Below, piece by piece: positions 22,321 through 33,100 of a stretch of DNA of 64,000 nucleotides. The notes below the pieces were generated by a model. The model had not been told where the DNA came from and ran no database searches. It was given only the letters and a program-made list of their open reading frames with translations. This stretch comes from Cyanophora paradoxa CCMP329 (Eukaryota > Plantae > Glaucophyta). The position numbers and the translations under genes were made by a program. Position 1 is the stretch's first letter; each line of letters opens with the position of its first letter. The DNA is taken from the NCBI GenBank assembly GCA_004431415.1, contig QPMI01000674.1:1-64000 (forward strand), given 5' to 3'.

Positions 22321-25300
22321 ATGCCCCGAATTACCAACAAACTCATAAGGGAGAAGAAATGGGAACTCATGGGATTGCTGGGAACACTTTATGCAGCCCA
22401 TGAAATTACAGAGGCTGAATATGACCGGGAAATAGATTTAATTGCAAAGGGCAGACCCACTTTAAGCAGATTAACCAGAAAAGCAAATAACCTATATGAT
22501 AAAATTGAAACCTTGGATGAATTGGATAGGCTTAGGCAAATAGAACCAGATGCAGAAGATGGAACAGCCATGAATGAATTATATCGCTGGCTCACTTACA
22601 GAGCCAGAAGGGAAGTTGTTGTAGATGTGATTGAATTCCTGGACAGAATTGCTACATCCCTTCCCAATCGATTAAAGCAGGGTTTAGATCAATTCAGGGC
22701 AATCAAGGTTCGCTTGTCTTTTATCTGCAAGTTCGTTAAAGTGAGCAATCCACAGGTTTGGATATCGAAATACATTTACAGTGATTACTTTGTATTAACC
22801 AGGTCGAGAAATATTCGAACTGAGCTGAATAAAGCAGCCCAAATGTGTCAGGAGCAGATGAATGTGGTTGATAGCTATCGCTTAGAAAGAATTGAAATAC
22901 TCAGAGTGGCTATTATGAGTTATGCTCCAACTGGTGGATGCTTTCTACAAACCCCAGAGTGGATTGCTAGGAAGAGAGCCACAGTGAATATTCGAAATAT
23001 AGATGATTCCTGCTTCGAAAATGCGATTTTAGCCTCGATTTACAGAAAATCTATTAACTCTCATAAGAGGAATGAGCTTTCACAATATCGCAAATGGAAA
23101 TACTCAGCAATCGCTTATAATCCGCTGGCTCTCAATTTCGACAATATCCCATTCCCTGTTGCCTGTGATGCTGAAATAATTGATAAATTCGAGGCTCAAA
23201 ATGCAGGCATTAGCATTAATATATTCGGAATCGATGGAGAGGTTGTTTATCCCCTGCATCAATCCAGTTACCCAGGCAGAAAGCATAAGGTTAATCTCAT
23301 GCTGATATTTGATGATGAAGGGAATGGTCATTATATTACAATCATGTCCCTTTCAAGATTATTGAAAGTAAACCATGAAACATACAATGATCAGAAGTTA
23401 CACTACTGTGACACATGCTTATCTCGATTCAGGTCTGAGGCTAAACTCACTGCTCATGTGGACTCAAATAGATGCATTGATTGGAGACTCTCAAAGGGAA
23501 TCACACCTAAACCTGAGACCACCATAGAGTTTGGACTGAAAAACCTCAGGAAAACTGTTTGGCTTCCTGTTGTGGTTTACTGCAAGATTGAACATAGAAG
23601 CATCCCCATTGATGCATCAAAATCTAAGAGGGAAGTCTCAGCAGTCAACCTGAGAGTAGTCACTGGGGCAGATGTTCAGGAGTTTCGATTTGAGGGTCAG
23701 GATCCAATGGGAGGTCTCTTTGAATGCTTGGAGTCCAAAGCAAGAGAACTAATCGATTTCCTGTTTACCAACATTCCTATGAATGAACTCACAGATGAGC
23801 AGAAAGCAATTTACAGAGCTACCAAACACTGTTACCTTTGCAGTGAGAGGTTCACTAAGGAGAACTTCAAATGCAGGGATCATGATCACCACACAGGTCA
23901 TTACATTGCACCTGCATGCAGAAACTGCAATCTCCATAGGAGAATCTCAAAGCAAACAAAAGTAGCAGTGGTTGTTGACCAAATGGATGACTGTGGGACA
24001 TTCATTTTCAGAAAAATAGCAGGCATGGGTGATAAAAAGCGAATCGAAATCCTTTCGAAAAACTTTGATCAATACCTTTCATTGCAATGGGGTCTTTACA
24101 AGTTCATTGATGCAAGTAATTTTATGGAATTTGGGGCTGCTGATGTAGATGAGTTAATGGACAAATTCCAAGCCTTCAGAAGGCTTTCACACACAGTATA
24201 TGGATTGGACCCAGTTCATTATGTATCTGCACCTGGGTTATCTTGGGATGCTATGCTTAGGACCACCAAGGCAAAAATAGAGCTTATAAGTGATGTAGAG
24301 CAATACGAATTTGTTGAGAGGGGAATCAGGGGTGGCTTTGCAACAATGCCTTGTAGGTATGCTGAGGCTGATGGTGAAAACTCCCACATTATGCTGTTTG
24401 ATGCTAACAACTTGTATGGCTACTGTTTGAGTCAGCCAATTCCAGTTGGTGATTTTAGATGGGAGACCGAATTCAACCCACAAGATAACAGATCCAGTTT
24501 CCTAGAAGTTGATCTGGATTACCCAATTAGGCTGTTTCTAGATCACAGTGATTTCCCCCTAATTATTAACAAGAAAATAGTAGAATATGCGGAATTATCA
24601 CAATATCAAAAGAGCCTATTAGATCTCTCAGGAGAAGAGCTTGATAAAACCCAAAGCTAACTGCAACCTTTGGTTCTGTGGCAAACTATGTGATTTCTGA
24701 GCCTCTTCTGCAATATCTGTTGGACAAAGGGGTGAAATTAAAGAAAGTTCACAGGGTCCTATCATTTACTGTGGCTCCTGTAATGAAACCCTACATTGAG
24801 CTGAACACTGAGATGAGAAGGAAAGCAGTGAATAAATTCGAGGCTGATTTCTATAAACTCATGAATAACTCAATCTATGGGAAATGCATTGAATCTTGCA
24901 GAGGTAGATCTGTGGTTAAGATTGCAAACAGTGAGAAACTGTTTATGAAATATGCAGCCTCTCCATTGGTGAAATCAACCAGCCCCATAAACGAAAAAGC
25001 AGTTGCCTTTGAGTTTTACACAAAGCATGTGAAACTAGATAAGCCTGTTGCAATTGGGGCTTATGTTTTGGATGCTGCCAAACTGTATAATTACCAATTC
25101 TTTTATGATACTGTAAGGACCCAGTGGACAAAAGCCAAGTTACTATTCCATGATACTGATTCCTTTTGTCTATATATCGAATCTAAGACCCTCCAAGAGG
25201 ACCTAGATAATATATCCTATAATCTGGACCTAGGGGGATCCAACAGAATGACCCCAGGTAAATACAAAAATGAGATGCCAGGTTCTGCTATATTGGAATA

Positions 25301-25565
25301 TGTGGGTCTGAGAGCCAAAGTTTACAGTTTCAGAACTGCTGAGATTGAGAGAAGTAAGCTCTCTGGGACTTCACCTGAGGAACTCCAATTTAATGATTTT
25401 AAGCAGTGTTTATTTGCAGGTATAAGCAAGACTGTGACTGCCAAGCAGAAGAGAAGGGCAGATCACACAATAATAGATACTGTAAGTAGAAGGGTTGCCC
25501 TAAACTGCTTTGATGCAAAGAGATACATCTTACCAGATGGTATTAATTCTGTTCCTTTTAATTAA
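22321..25565 (+). CDS. Protein-primed family B DNA polymerase (Polinton type), one frameshift near 24655
   Basis: Polymerase motifs FDANNLYG, KLMNNSIYGK, HDTDSF, GLRAKVY, FDAKRY. N-terminal vOTU-like NIRNIDDSCF...GHY; EndoVII-like CYLC..RDHDHHTG..CRNCN insertion. Confidence 0.92.
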
Positions 25566-25568
25566 GAG

Positions 25569-26954
25569 ATGCCAGCAACTGGAAGAATAGTTAGAAGAAC
25601 CACTGAGCAACTGCAAGGTAACCTACTGCCCATCACAATTCCAAAGGAGGAAAAGGGGGAATCTCGAATTGTAAAAAAGTCAGAGATGAAAGAGCTTGTC
25701 CCAGTAGAGATCCCAGTTGCTATTGCAGTGAAAGAAACCAGCAAGATTGCCAAGAGATTCTATGATGTGAGAACTGGTTACAAAGGGCTTCAAGCTATGA
25801 GGGCTGAGTTACCTGATGAATCCTATAAGCAGTTGCAAGAGTTCTATAAAAAACAAGAGGTAGTTCAGATCAATGCACCAGCTATATCTAGGAAGAGAGA
25901 TCCCATGGTCCCAATCAGGCAACCCCTTGATACCTATGTGATTGATTTGCTCTTTTTCCCAGCTTATAAGAAACAAAACAATGGCTATGATACCTTTATG
26001 ACTGCTATGGAATCAACACTGAGAACTGGGTATATCATACCTATAAGAGATAAATCAGCTCTCACTACATTAGCTGCATTTAAGCAACTTGAAATGAGAG
26101 TGGCAAGACCCATAGTAAAAGTTCAATCAGATGCTGGGAGTGAATTCCAAAATCGAATATTCCAGGAGTATTTATCTAGTAAATACATAGAACACCAAGT
26201 GAGTGGAACTGCTGACCATAGAAGCCAAGGTCGAATTGAAGCCTTTAACAAGCAGATTAAGAGACTGATCACAAACTACTGCATAGCTAATAACACAGCT
26301 AGATTCTTTGATGTGTTAGGTGATATTGAGTATAATTACAATAATACAGTTCACTCAGCTACTAAGATGAAGCCAGGTGAAACTACAGAGGAGCATTACA
26401 GGTATATAGTGGGATTAGAAGATGAGAGATTCAAGAAATCAATAGCTTATCTTGATACCATGCAGCCTGGCATGTTTGTTAGAGTGAAAGTTGAGAAGAA
26501 CCCCTTTGCTAAACAGGGTAACAATTGGTCTAGGATGGTTTACACAGTTGATAGTAGGGAAGGCTTTAAGTTTAAGCTAAGGAGTCCCACTGGTGAGATC
26601 ATAGATAACAGGTTTGCATTCCATGAGCTGTTGCCTGTGAATGCAGTTGAGTATCTGGAAACACCTACAGTGGATGCCTTGGAGCAAGCTAAAGAGGAAG
26701 CCAGGGTTGATGCTGCTATAAGGAGAGAGGGCATTGAGGCTGCTAATGAAGTCCCAGATAAGCCTTTGATAGAAGCTAGAAAGGAGAAGACTGGCAAGGT
26801 TAATAGGGAACTCAAAAAGCTCACTATAGCAGGGACACATAAACTTTCAGAAGTGAATAGCCAGAGATGGTATAATGACTTTCAGACTACTAAGGAGTCA
26901 TATACAGCCCCTAAACCTCAAAGAACACTAAGAGAAAGGACCAAAACTAGCTAG
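25569..26954 (+). CDS. Retroviral-like (rve) DDE integrase
   Basis: Intact triad YVIDL / VQSDAGSEF / GRIEAFNK; YNNTVHSATKMKP; Polinton-like K...NWS..VY. No chromodomain. Confidence 0.92.
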   Translation: MPATGRIVRRTTEQLQGNLLPITIPKEEKGESRIVKKSEMKELVPVEIPVAIAVKETSKIAKRFYDVRTGYKGLQAMRAELPDESYKQLQEFYKKQEVVQINAPAISRKRDPMVPIRQPLDTYVIDLLFFPAYKKQNNGYDTFMTAMESTLRTGYIIPIRDKSALTTLAAFKQLEMRVARPIVKVQSDAGSEFQNRIFQEYLSSKYIEHQVSGTADHRSQGRIEAFNKQIKRLITNYCIANNTARFFDVLGDIEYNYNNTVHSATKMKPGETTEEHYRYIVGLEDERFKKSIAYLDTMQPGMFVRVKVEKNPFAKQGNNWSRMVYTVDSREGFKFKLRSPTGEIIDNRFAFHELLPVNAVEYLETPTVDALEQAKEEARVDAAIRREGIEAANEVPDKPLIEARKEKTGKVNRELKKLTIAGTHKLSEVNSQRWYNDFQTTKESYTAPKPQRTLRERTKTS

Positions 26955-26962
26955 TTTCATAG

Positions 26963-27011
26963 CCGAAAACTCGTTTTTTCCAAATATATGTATGTGTGAT
27001 ATACATATATG
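26963..27011 (-). repeat. Right copy of the short imperfect inverted repeat flanking element B
   Basis: Reverse complement resembles 6803-6843. Confidence 0.45.
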
Positions 27012-27309
27012 CATATGATATACACATCAACGTGTAGATCTTCTCAAGCGCTTCACAACGCTATGCAGAACGCTGCAAGTTGACTATCTGGTGATGAGAT
27101 ACAAGCGTTTGAAGATGCCGATTATCGATTTTTCGAGATTTCGGAATGATGCATCATAATGATGTAATAATGATGTATCATAAACATATAACATATATAT
27201 ATCGCCGTGATCGTCATGATCTCCCGAGTTCGATGGTGTGTCATATATATCATATACATTTGCATCGTCATTATGACATCATTTCGTAAAATTACACGTC
27301 CGTCATCGT

Positions 27310-27530
27310 CTTTTTCCGCAGCGAACAGATAAGTGAACAGTTAAGGAGACAACTATTGTAATAGTGGACTGCAACAACAATTGAAAACAAGATCTGTGGG
27401 AAAGCTATTGAAAGACAATGAAGCAAATTGCGAACAATTAAGTGAACAGTTAAGTGGACACCTGTTGGGAGTAGGCAGTGTCTACTCGTTTATCGTGAAA
27501 CGGTGTCCACTTAACTGTTCATTTAACTGT
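27310..27530. repeat. Direct and inverted repeats of AAGTGAACAGTTAAG(T/G)
   Basis: gcgaacagataagtgaacagttaaggagaca (~27310), gcgaacaattaagtgaacagttaagtggaca (~27430), inverted tgtccacttaactgttcatttaactgtt (~27504). Confidence 0.8.
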
Positions 27531-27702
27531 TGACGAAAACCCATGCATTATGACATCATATCATTAAACCCCATACAAAACACTAAAATGCATGTATCTC
27601 TTCACCAACTCATCATCTTACAAAGATAAAAACAGATTCGGAATCCTCTTAACGAGACCAGCGTGACTATGTAAGTATCATAGGCTCAATAATTCATATG
27701 TT

Positions 27703-28592
27703 AATAAGCATCTCCCCTTCATTCCCCCTATTATATTATATTTATATTAAAGTGGACTCAAGGTTGACTCATATTAATCGTAAAAGTAGTAAAAGTATAT
27801 GGATTTTGTTACGAATTCAATGCAAGGGTTGACTAAGTGGGTTGAGTTGACTCAAATTTCACAGGAAATATTTGGGACCTAAAGTTTTCTAAAAAGGATT
27901 TCAAAAAATGTGTCAACTCCCCCCACTTAGTCAACCCTGACCATAAACAGTAAGGATTTGAGCTAACATGTATCACAAAGTGAACATTTTGAGTCCACTT
28001 AGAAGATCCACCTAACAATTTAGAGTCAAATTTACTTGGGAATTCGATTTGTATGAAAAAGTGAGTCCACCCTGACCATATTCAATAAGCATTCCTCTTA
28101 ATCCCCTTGTTTATATTTACATTGATTAATATTTAATACTAAGTGGACTCATGGTTGATTCATATTAATCGTAAAAGGAGTAAATGTATATAAAAATGTG
28201 ACCATTTCAATGCTAAGGTTGACTAAGTGGGTTGAGTTGACTCAAATTTCAGAGGAAATTTTGAGATCCAAAGAATATTCTATAAAAGATTTTGAAAAAT
28301 GTGTCAACTCCCCCCACTTAGTCAACCCTGACCATATACAGTAAGCATAAGAACTTAAATGTATCACAAAGTGAACATTATGAGTCCACTTAGAAGATCC
28401 AATTTTGAAATATAAGTTGATTTTGCTTGAAATTTCAAAGTTGATCTAAAAGTGAGTCCACCCTGATTGATTATGGTAACAAAGTTGACTAAGTTGACTA
28501 AATTGAGTCATCTTAAGAAATTCAAGGAGACTAAGAGTTCAAAATGTTTATGAAAAGTGAGTCAACTTAGACCACTTATGGTAACAAAGTTA
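27703..28592. repeat. Tandem ~392-bp units (two full plus one partial), each full unit carrying the GTTGACT stem-loop also found at 21679-21859
   Basis: gtggactc at 27751 and 28143. Hairpin arms 27826-27854 and 27909-27937 (26/29 complementary) recur in unit 2. Confidence 0.88.
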
Positions 28593-28627
28593 AATATTTA
28601 ATTGATTTAATAGGAAAAGAACATGAT

Positions 28628-28854
28628 TTAATCGAATTTATTGATATAATTCCGATTAGATTCATTTAGGATTCAATTAAGATTAATCGAAGTTATAGAT
28701 ATAATTCCGATTAACTACAATTAAGATACAATATCGATTAATCGAGTTTATCGATATAAAATCGATTAAATTAATTGAAAATGCATTTAAAAATATGAAA
28801 ATTCATGTGAAAATTCAAATAAATTAATCGATTTTATTGATATAACATCGAATC
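28628..28854. repeat. Four ~34-bp AT-rich quasi-palindromic repeats (TTAATCGA.TT.AT.GATATAA...CGA.T)
   Basis: Read directly in the sequence just downstream of element C's integrase. Confidence 0.7.
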
Positions 28855-28868
28855 ACACATATGAATAT

Positions 28869-30104
28869 TCATATTTTAATCCTGAGGCGGAACGCCGAGG
28901 GATTAAAATATGAATATTCATATGTGTCATCTATGCCTTCTTTTTGAACCTGCCGGATAGAGGCGGCTTCTATTTCGGCTGCTTTGATTGCGTTGCCTGA
29001 TGGTTCCACCACAGCTTCGACCTCTGTAATGATCTGCAATTCGTGCGGCTTAAAAAGCTTCGGCATTACGTTTCCGGATGCATCTTGCACCTCTATTGCG
29101 TTTCCTCTCCTTCCCGCAATTTTGTAGACCTCTCGGCTATACCTTTGGGTTGCCCCTTTATCGAATTTCGATCTCGGCAATAACAGGCGGACGTGGAGAC
29201 CCGGCTTAAAGTCGCTGAATATATCCTTGACGATTGTGTTCTTTCTTGAAATAATAGCCGCTCGGATCCGCTCCATATCTGAGAGCTTGACATCCCCGGG
29301 TTTCATTCCTATCGTTCTGTGAATGGTGTTGTTGTAATTGAAAACAAAGTCGTCCAATTTATCCATAAATCGCACAGTGTTATAAGCGACACAGTAATTG
29401 TTTATCATCGTTTTAAGGGTCAAATGGAAGCGATTCATTATTCCCAGCGATGTGTGATCTCCGACCTGTTTAAAGCGGTGCTCTATCGCATTATTTTTCA
29501 CGACCTCCTGAAACTCCTTTGCGATGAATTCTGAACCGTTATCTGTTTCCAATCGAATCATCGGAGCCGGGAGCTCTGTTAGCATCTCCGCAAAAGCGGC
29601 GGCAACACTTGCGCCCTCTTTATTCTTTAATTTCTTGGCATATGCTTTTCGGCTTGTCATCTCGATGAGAGTAAGGACTGCAATGTAGCCGGAATTATAA
29701 TTGCCATAAGAGAGATAAAAGATGAGATCGGCTTGGTAGCACCACGGTGGAGCTGTAATGGGAATAAAAGCTGTTTGGGTCGGTGCGGGGGGCTTCTTGT
29801 TGATCTGCATAAATTCTTGTTTCGCTGCGACATCTTGCACTTCTTTCAATGTGAGGGTCTTGTCCTCTTTTCTCAGCTCTTCGTACAATGCCGATGGGTT
29901 CTTAAAACCTGTCTTTGGGTCATACATGCGTCGCACGATCTTAGAGGACGGGTTAGCAATGCTAAAAGGAACATCTCCTAATAAATTTGATTTTGCTTGG
30001 CGTTTTGTAATTTTTTGGGGGACTTGCTCAGTTTCAGGAACCGCGATAGGTAGTATGGTAGTCTCTGTCTCCTCTCCCGCTACCCTTCTGACGATCCGTG
30101 ACAT
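28869..30104 (-). CDS. rve integrase, third catalytic residue appears to be Asn
   Basis: YQADL, LETDNGSEF, GIMNRF (E>N), YNNTIHRTIGMKP. N-terminus RIVRR...LPI shared with B's integrase. Confidence 0.9.
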   Translation of the reverse strand: MSRIVRRVAGEETETTILPIAVPETEQVPQKITKRQAKSNLLGDVPFSIANPSSKIVRRMYDPKTGFKNPSALYEELRKEDKTLTLKEVQDVAAKQEFMQINKKPPAPTQTAFIPITAPPWCYQADLIFYLSYGNYNSGYIAVLTLIEMTSRKAYAKKLKNKEGASVAAAFAEMLTELPAPMIRLETDNGSEFIAKEFQEVVKNNAIEHRFKQVGDHTSLGIMNRFHLTLKTMINNYCVAYNTVRFMDKLDDFVFNYNNTIHRTIGMKPGDVKLSDMERIRAAIISRKNTIVKDIFSDFKPGLHVRLLLPRSKFDKGATQRYSREVYKIAGRRGNAIEVQDASGNVMPKLFKPHELQIITEVEAVVEPSGNAIKAAEIEAASIRQVQKEGIDDTYEYSYFNPSAFRLRIKI

Positions 30105-30122
30105 TCTTCTAATTAACCCTGT

Positions 30123-33100
30123 TTATTTTTTGCTGCAATTGCACCCGTGATGCGCGAGTTGACAATTGTCTTTAAGATGTGGGCGCCTGTTGTTAATGCG
30201 ATCCACGACGAGCTTGTAATTCGGATCTTGCGGCTCAATCGGAATCGGAAGGGAACAGATCGCACAGGCGCCCTTCTGTTGCTTCTTGCGCTCTAATATC
30301 CACTCCGGCGTAATATAATCCGCCTCGTCGAAATCGCGCCCGGCACGCTGATCCTGGCATTTATATCCGCGGATCTTCGTTTTCAGATATTCGATGTAGT
30401 CGCTCTTTCCTTGGAATCTGTGAATCGGTGTATAAATCAGCACAGTAGACAGATCACGGTTACGAGTGAGCGCGGTATAGAACCATTCGCGAGTGGTATA
30501 GCGGAACGTAGCCTCACAAATGACAATGCCCGAATCAAGTGTGAGACCTTGCGTTGAATGACCTGTTCCTGCATAAGGGAGAGAAAAATGTTCTAACATC
30601 GCGCACGGAACCTCGAACGTGACACCATCGAAAACGTCCGTTAATGTGACCATTTGCTTTGTGATTTTGGTGATCCGATAGGTGTAATTTGTGTATGCAT
30701 TAATAGACTCACCCTCAGATCGCGAAATGCGTAGATACCTGCGGCAAACGACTTCCAAACCTTTGTAGAATTTGATGCCGTTGACCTCTACGGTTGCAAT
30801 ATTTACTTTTCGTCTATCGTGCATCAGTTTGTTGTAGGCTAAGGTCATTTCGTTTCTGTAAGCGATGCCAAAGTAGCCGTCGGGGATAGCGTTTAGATCA
30901 TTAATTGTCGGCAACCCGTATTTCGAGATAATCTGTGCGGCTTCCAGTCCGTTCTCGAAGAGATCCTCTTTAATCGCCCGAATTAATTCACGGTCTGTCT
31001 CCTTCTTGTGCCGCTTGTTATTGCGTAGACTCAGAACGTTAGGGAACATACTCTGCACCGCGCGCTTATAGTAGCCCTTGCGATCAGAAACCGAGAGCTC
31101 GTCATTAATTGGTTCATTTTGATAGGTGTCGCCATTAGCCAAATATTTGATATCCGGATAGCGATCGATAAACGACTTGATCTTAGCGAGATCTTTTACG
31201 GAATACGCGAATATCTCGTCGAACATAATGTGACTGAACTCGGAGACGAACGCCCTCTGGTCTTTTTCGCTCATAGCCTCTTCGTAGGTCTGATCATTTG
31301 AGACACGGATCCCGAGAACATTATATAAAGTACGAACGGTAATATTCTCGATTCCGCGGACTTTGAGAGAGTCCCTCAGCTCCGCGCACTGTTTGTTATA
31401 GGGGCAAATAACTAAGCAATTCGACTTTTGAGATGCGAAACAGTTAATACCGAGTGTCGACTTTCCACTTCCGGGCATGTCAGCAAGGACAAGCATACGA
31501 TTATGGAGCTTCGCAACCCAATTAAAGCACTCCGGATTAAATTCGTCCCTCAGCGAGAACCGGTTAATGAGTGTCTCGGGATCCTGAAATTCGAGAGTTA
31601 CACCCCGTGGTGGGCGGAGTGCATTCTCAGGGCATCTTTTCCCGGGAATATAGCTGAATTTGCCCATGTTCTCAAACGCATTTCGGTCGAACTCTTTCTT
31701 ACTTGTCCATGAACCTTCGATATATAGGCAATCCGTTCTGATCCCGGCAACCTTGTGCCCGCGCGCTGTCAGGCGCTTGTATTGCGCAAACATATTAGCG
31801 CGGTTGCGATCGTAAATATGAAAGTGGATCGGGAGGAATCCGTTAACAAGCTCGCGGTGAGAGCTGATCTTAACGAAATAGATGTGACCTTCGAATTCGC
31901 TGAGAGCTTTGACACGTTTCGAATTCTTAGGATTGAAAGTAAACACCTCTACTGTTCCTCCGCATTCTTGGGCGAACCTTTCAGCCTCGGCACGGTTGTA
32001 GAACATTTTCGTGGATGTTTGCGAGTCTTGGAATTTGCCGAGCATTCCGATCTCTTTCACTAAAATGTGCTTCTTGTCTGTGGATTGAATGTCGCTTGAC
32101 AGCACTTTCTTCATCTCAGCGATCGACGTATTGGGCACCAAATGCGAAGGCTCCGCGACCGCGATAATCTCTATCTTGTCCTTTACGTCCGCCCAATGCA
32201 TGGAGAGAGTGTAGCCTGTGATGAAATTGTAGCACCGACCACTCACGGAAAATGCGCGATCCAGAATAATTTCGATTCCATCAATCTTGCGAGACATGGC
32301 GGCATCATAATCAATGTCCTCATCGTCGGCGAAAGTTGCTTGCTCTCTCTCAAACGCAACGACACGCACGTAGTAGATCGCGTATTCGAGAATATCGCTT
32401 CCCACTTTAAAGGGAACGAAGTCATCGAATACATTGTATTTCGGAAGATATTGCATGCCTTTCAGTATCGAAGGGTAGCACTTCGCCATATCGACGGCTG
32501 TGTAGGTGGCTTTCGGGTTTGGCTTATAGAAATAGCCGCTAAGTGCGGATCGCTTGTAGTGCGTGAGAATTTCGCGCATGTTCGGGCTGTAATGTGAGAT
32601 ATTCGTCGCATTTAGTAGCGACTCGCGGAACCCCTTACCGATTTCACAGACCTTATTATAATACTCCTCTGTTTCGAAATCTTGCTCAATAAAGTGGTCT
32701 GTTGTGCGTGGATCTTTGATAGAGAACATGGAGCCATTAGCTTTGAATGTGATGCTGTCGATCTGTTTCGATGGTGTTAGCTTCACAGCGGGCTCATATC
32801 GCATTTTCAGGAACGTAAATAGAAGACCTTCCAGACCTTCGCGCCCAGTATACAGAATGCGAATGAAACTGCGCTCGTCAGGCGATAGTTTTAATTGCGT
32901 GATCTTTAACAGATCCTTGGATGTGTGCGCGAAGATATCGTGAGTAAGACACGTCGGAATTTTATAGAGTGCTAACGAAGAGGTCGACTTAGGAACATGA
33001 TTATCGAGCTCTTCGACCTCCATCTTTGCCATGCGCATTTCGAGCGACTTGATGTTATCGTTGAATATATAGATGTGCTTGTTGTGAATCATAAAGTGAA

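Larger units (their letters stand above)
6660..27260. mobile_element. Element B: apparently complete ~20.5 kb endogenous Polinton-like virus (pPolB + primase-helicase + rve integrase)
   Basis: Full gene set (MCP, two pentons, ATPase, pPolB, integrase, fibre), intron-less and AT-rich, flanked by non-coding motif-rich ends. Exact termini and TSD not resolved. Confidence 0.9.

Noticed and set aside
1-25565. Calling A and B genes pseudogenes because of many frameshifts
   Set aside because: The breaks I could reconstruct are mostly single-base losses, often in homopolymers, and A-vs-B divergence is largely synonymous. This pattern fits unpolished long-read error; reads are needed to decide.
27310-28854. 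CRISPR-like array in the junction repeats
   Set aside because: There is no regular repeat-spacer periodicity with unique spacers and no cas-like gene. These are tandem duplications and iterons.
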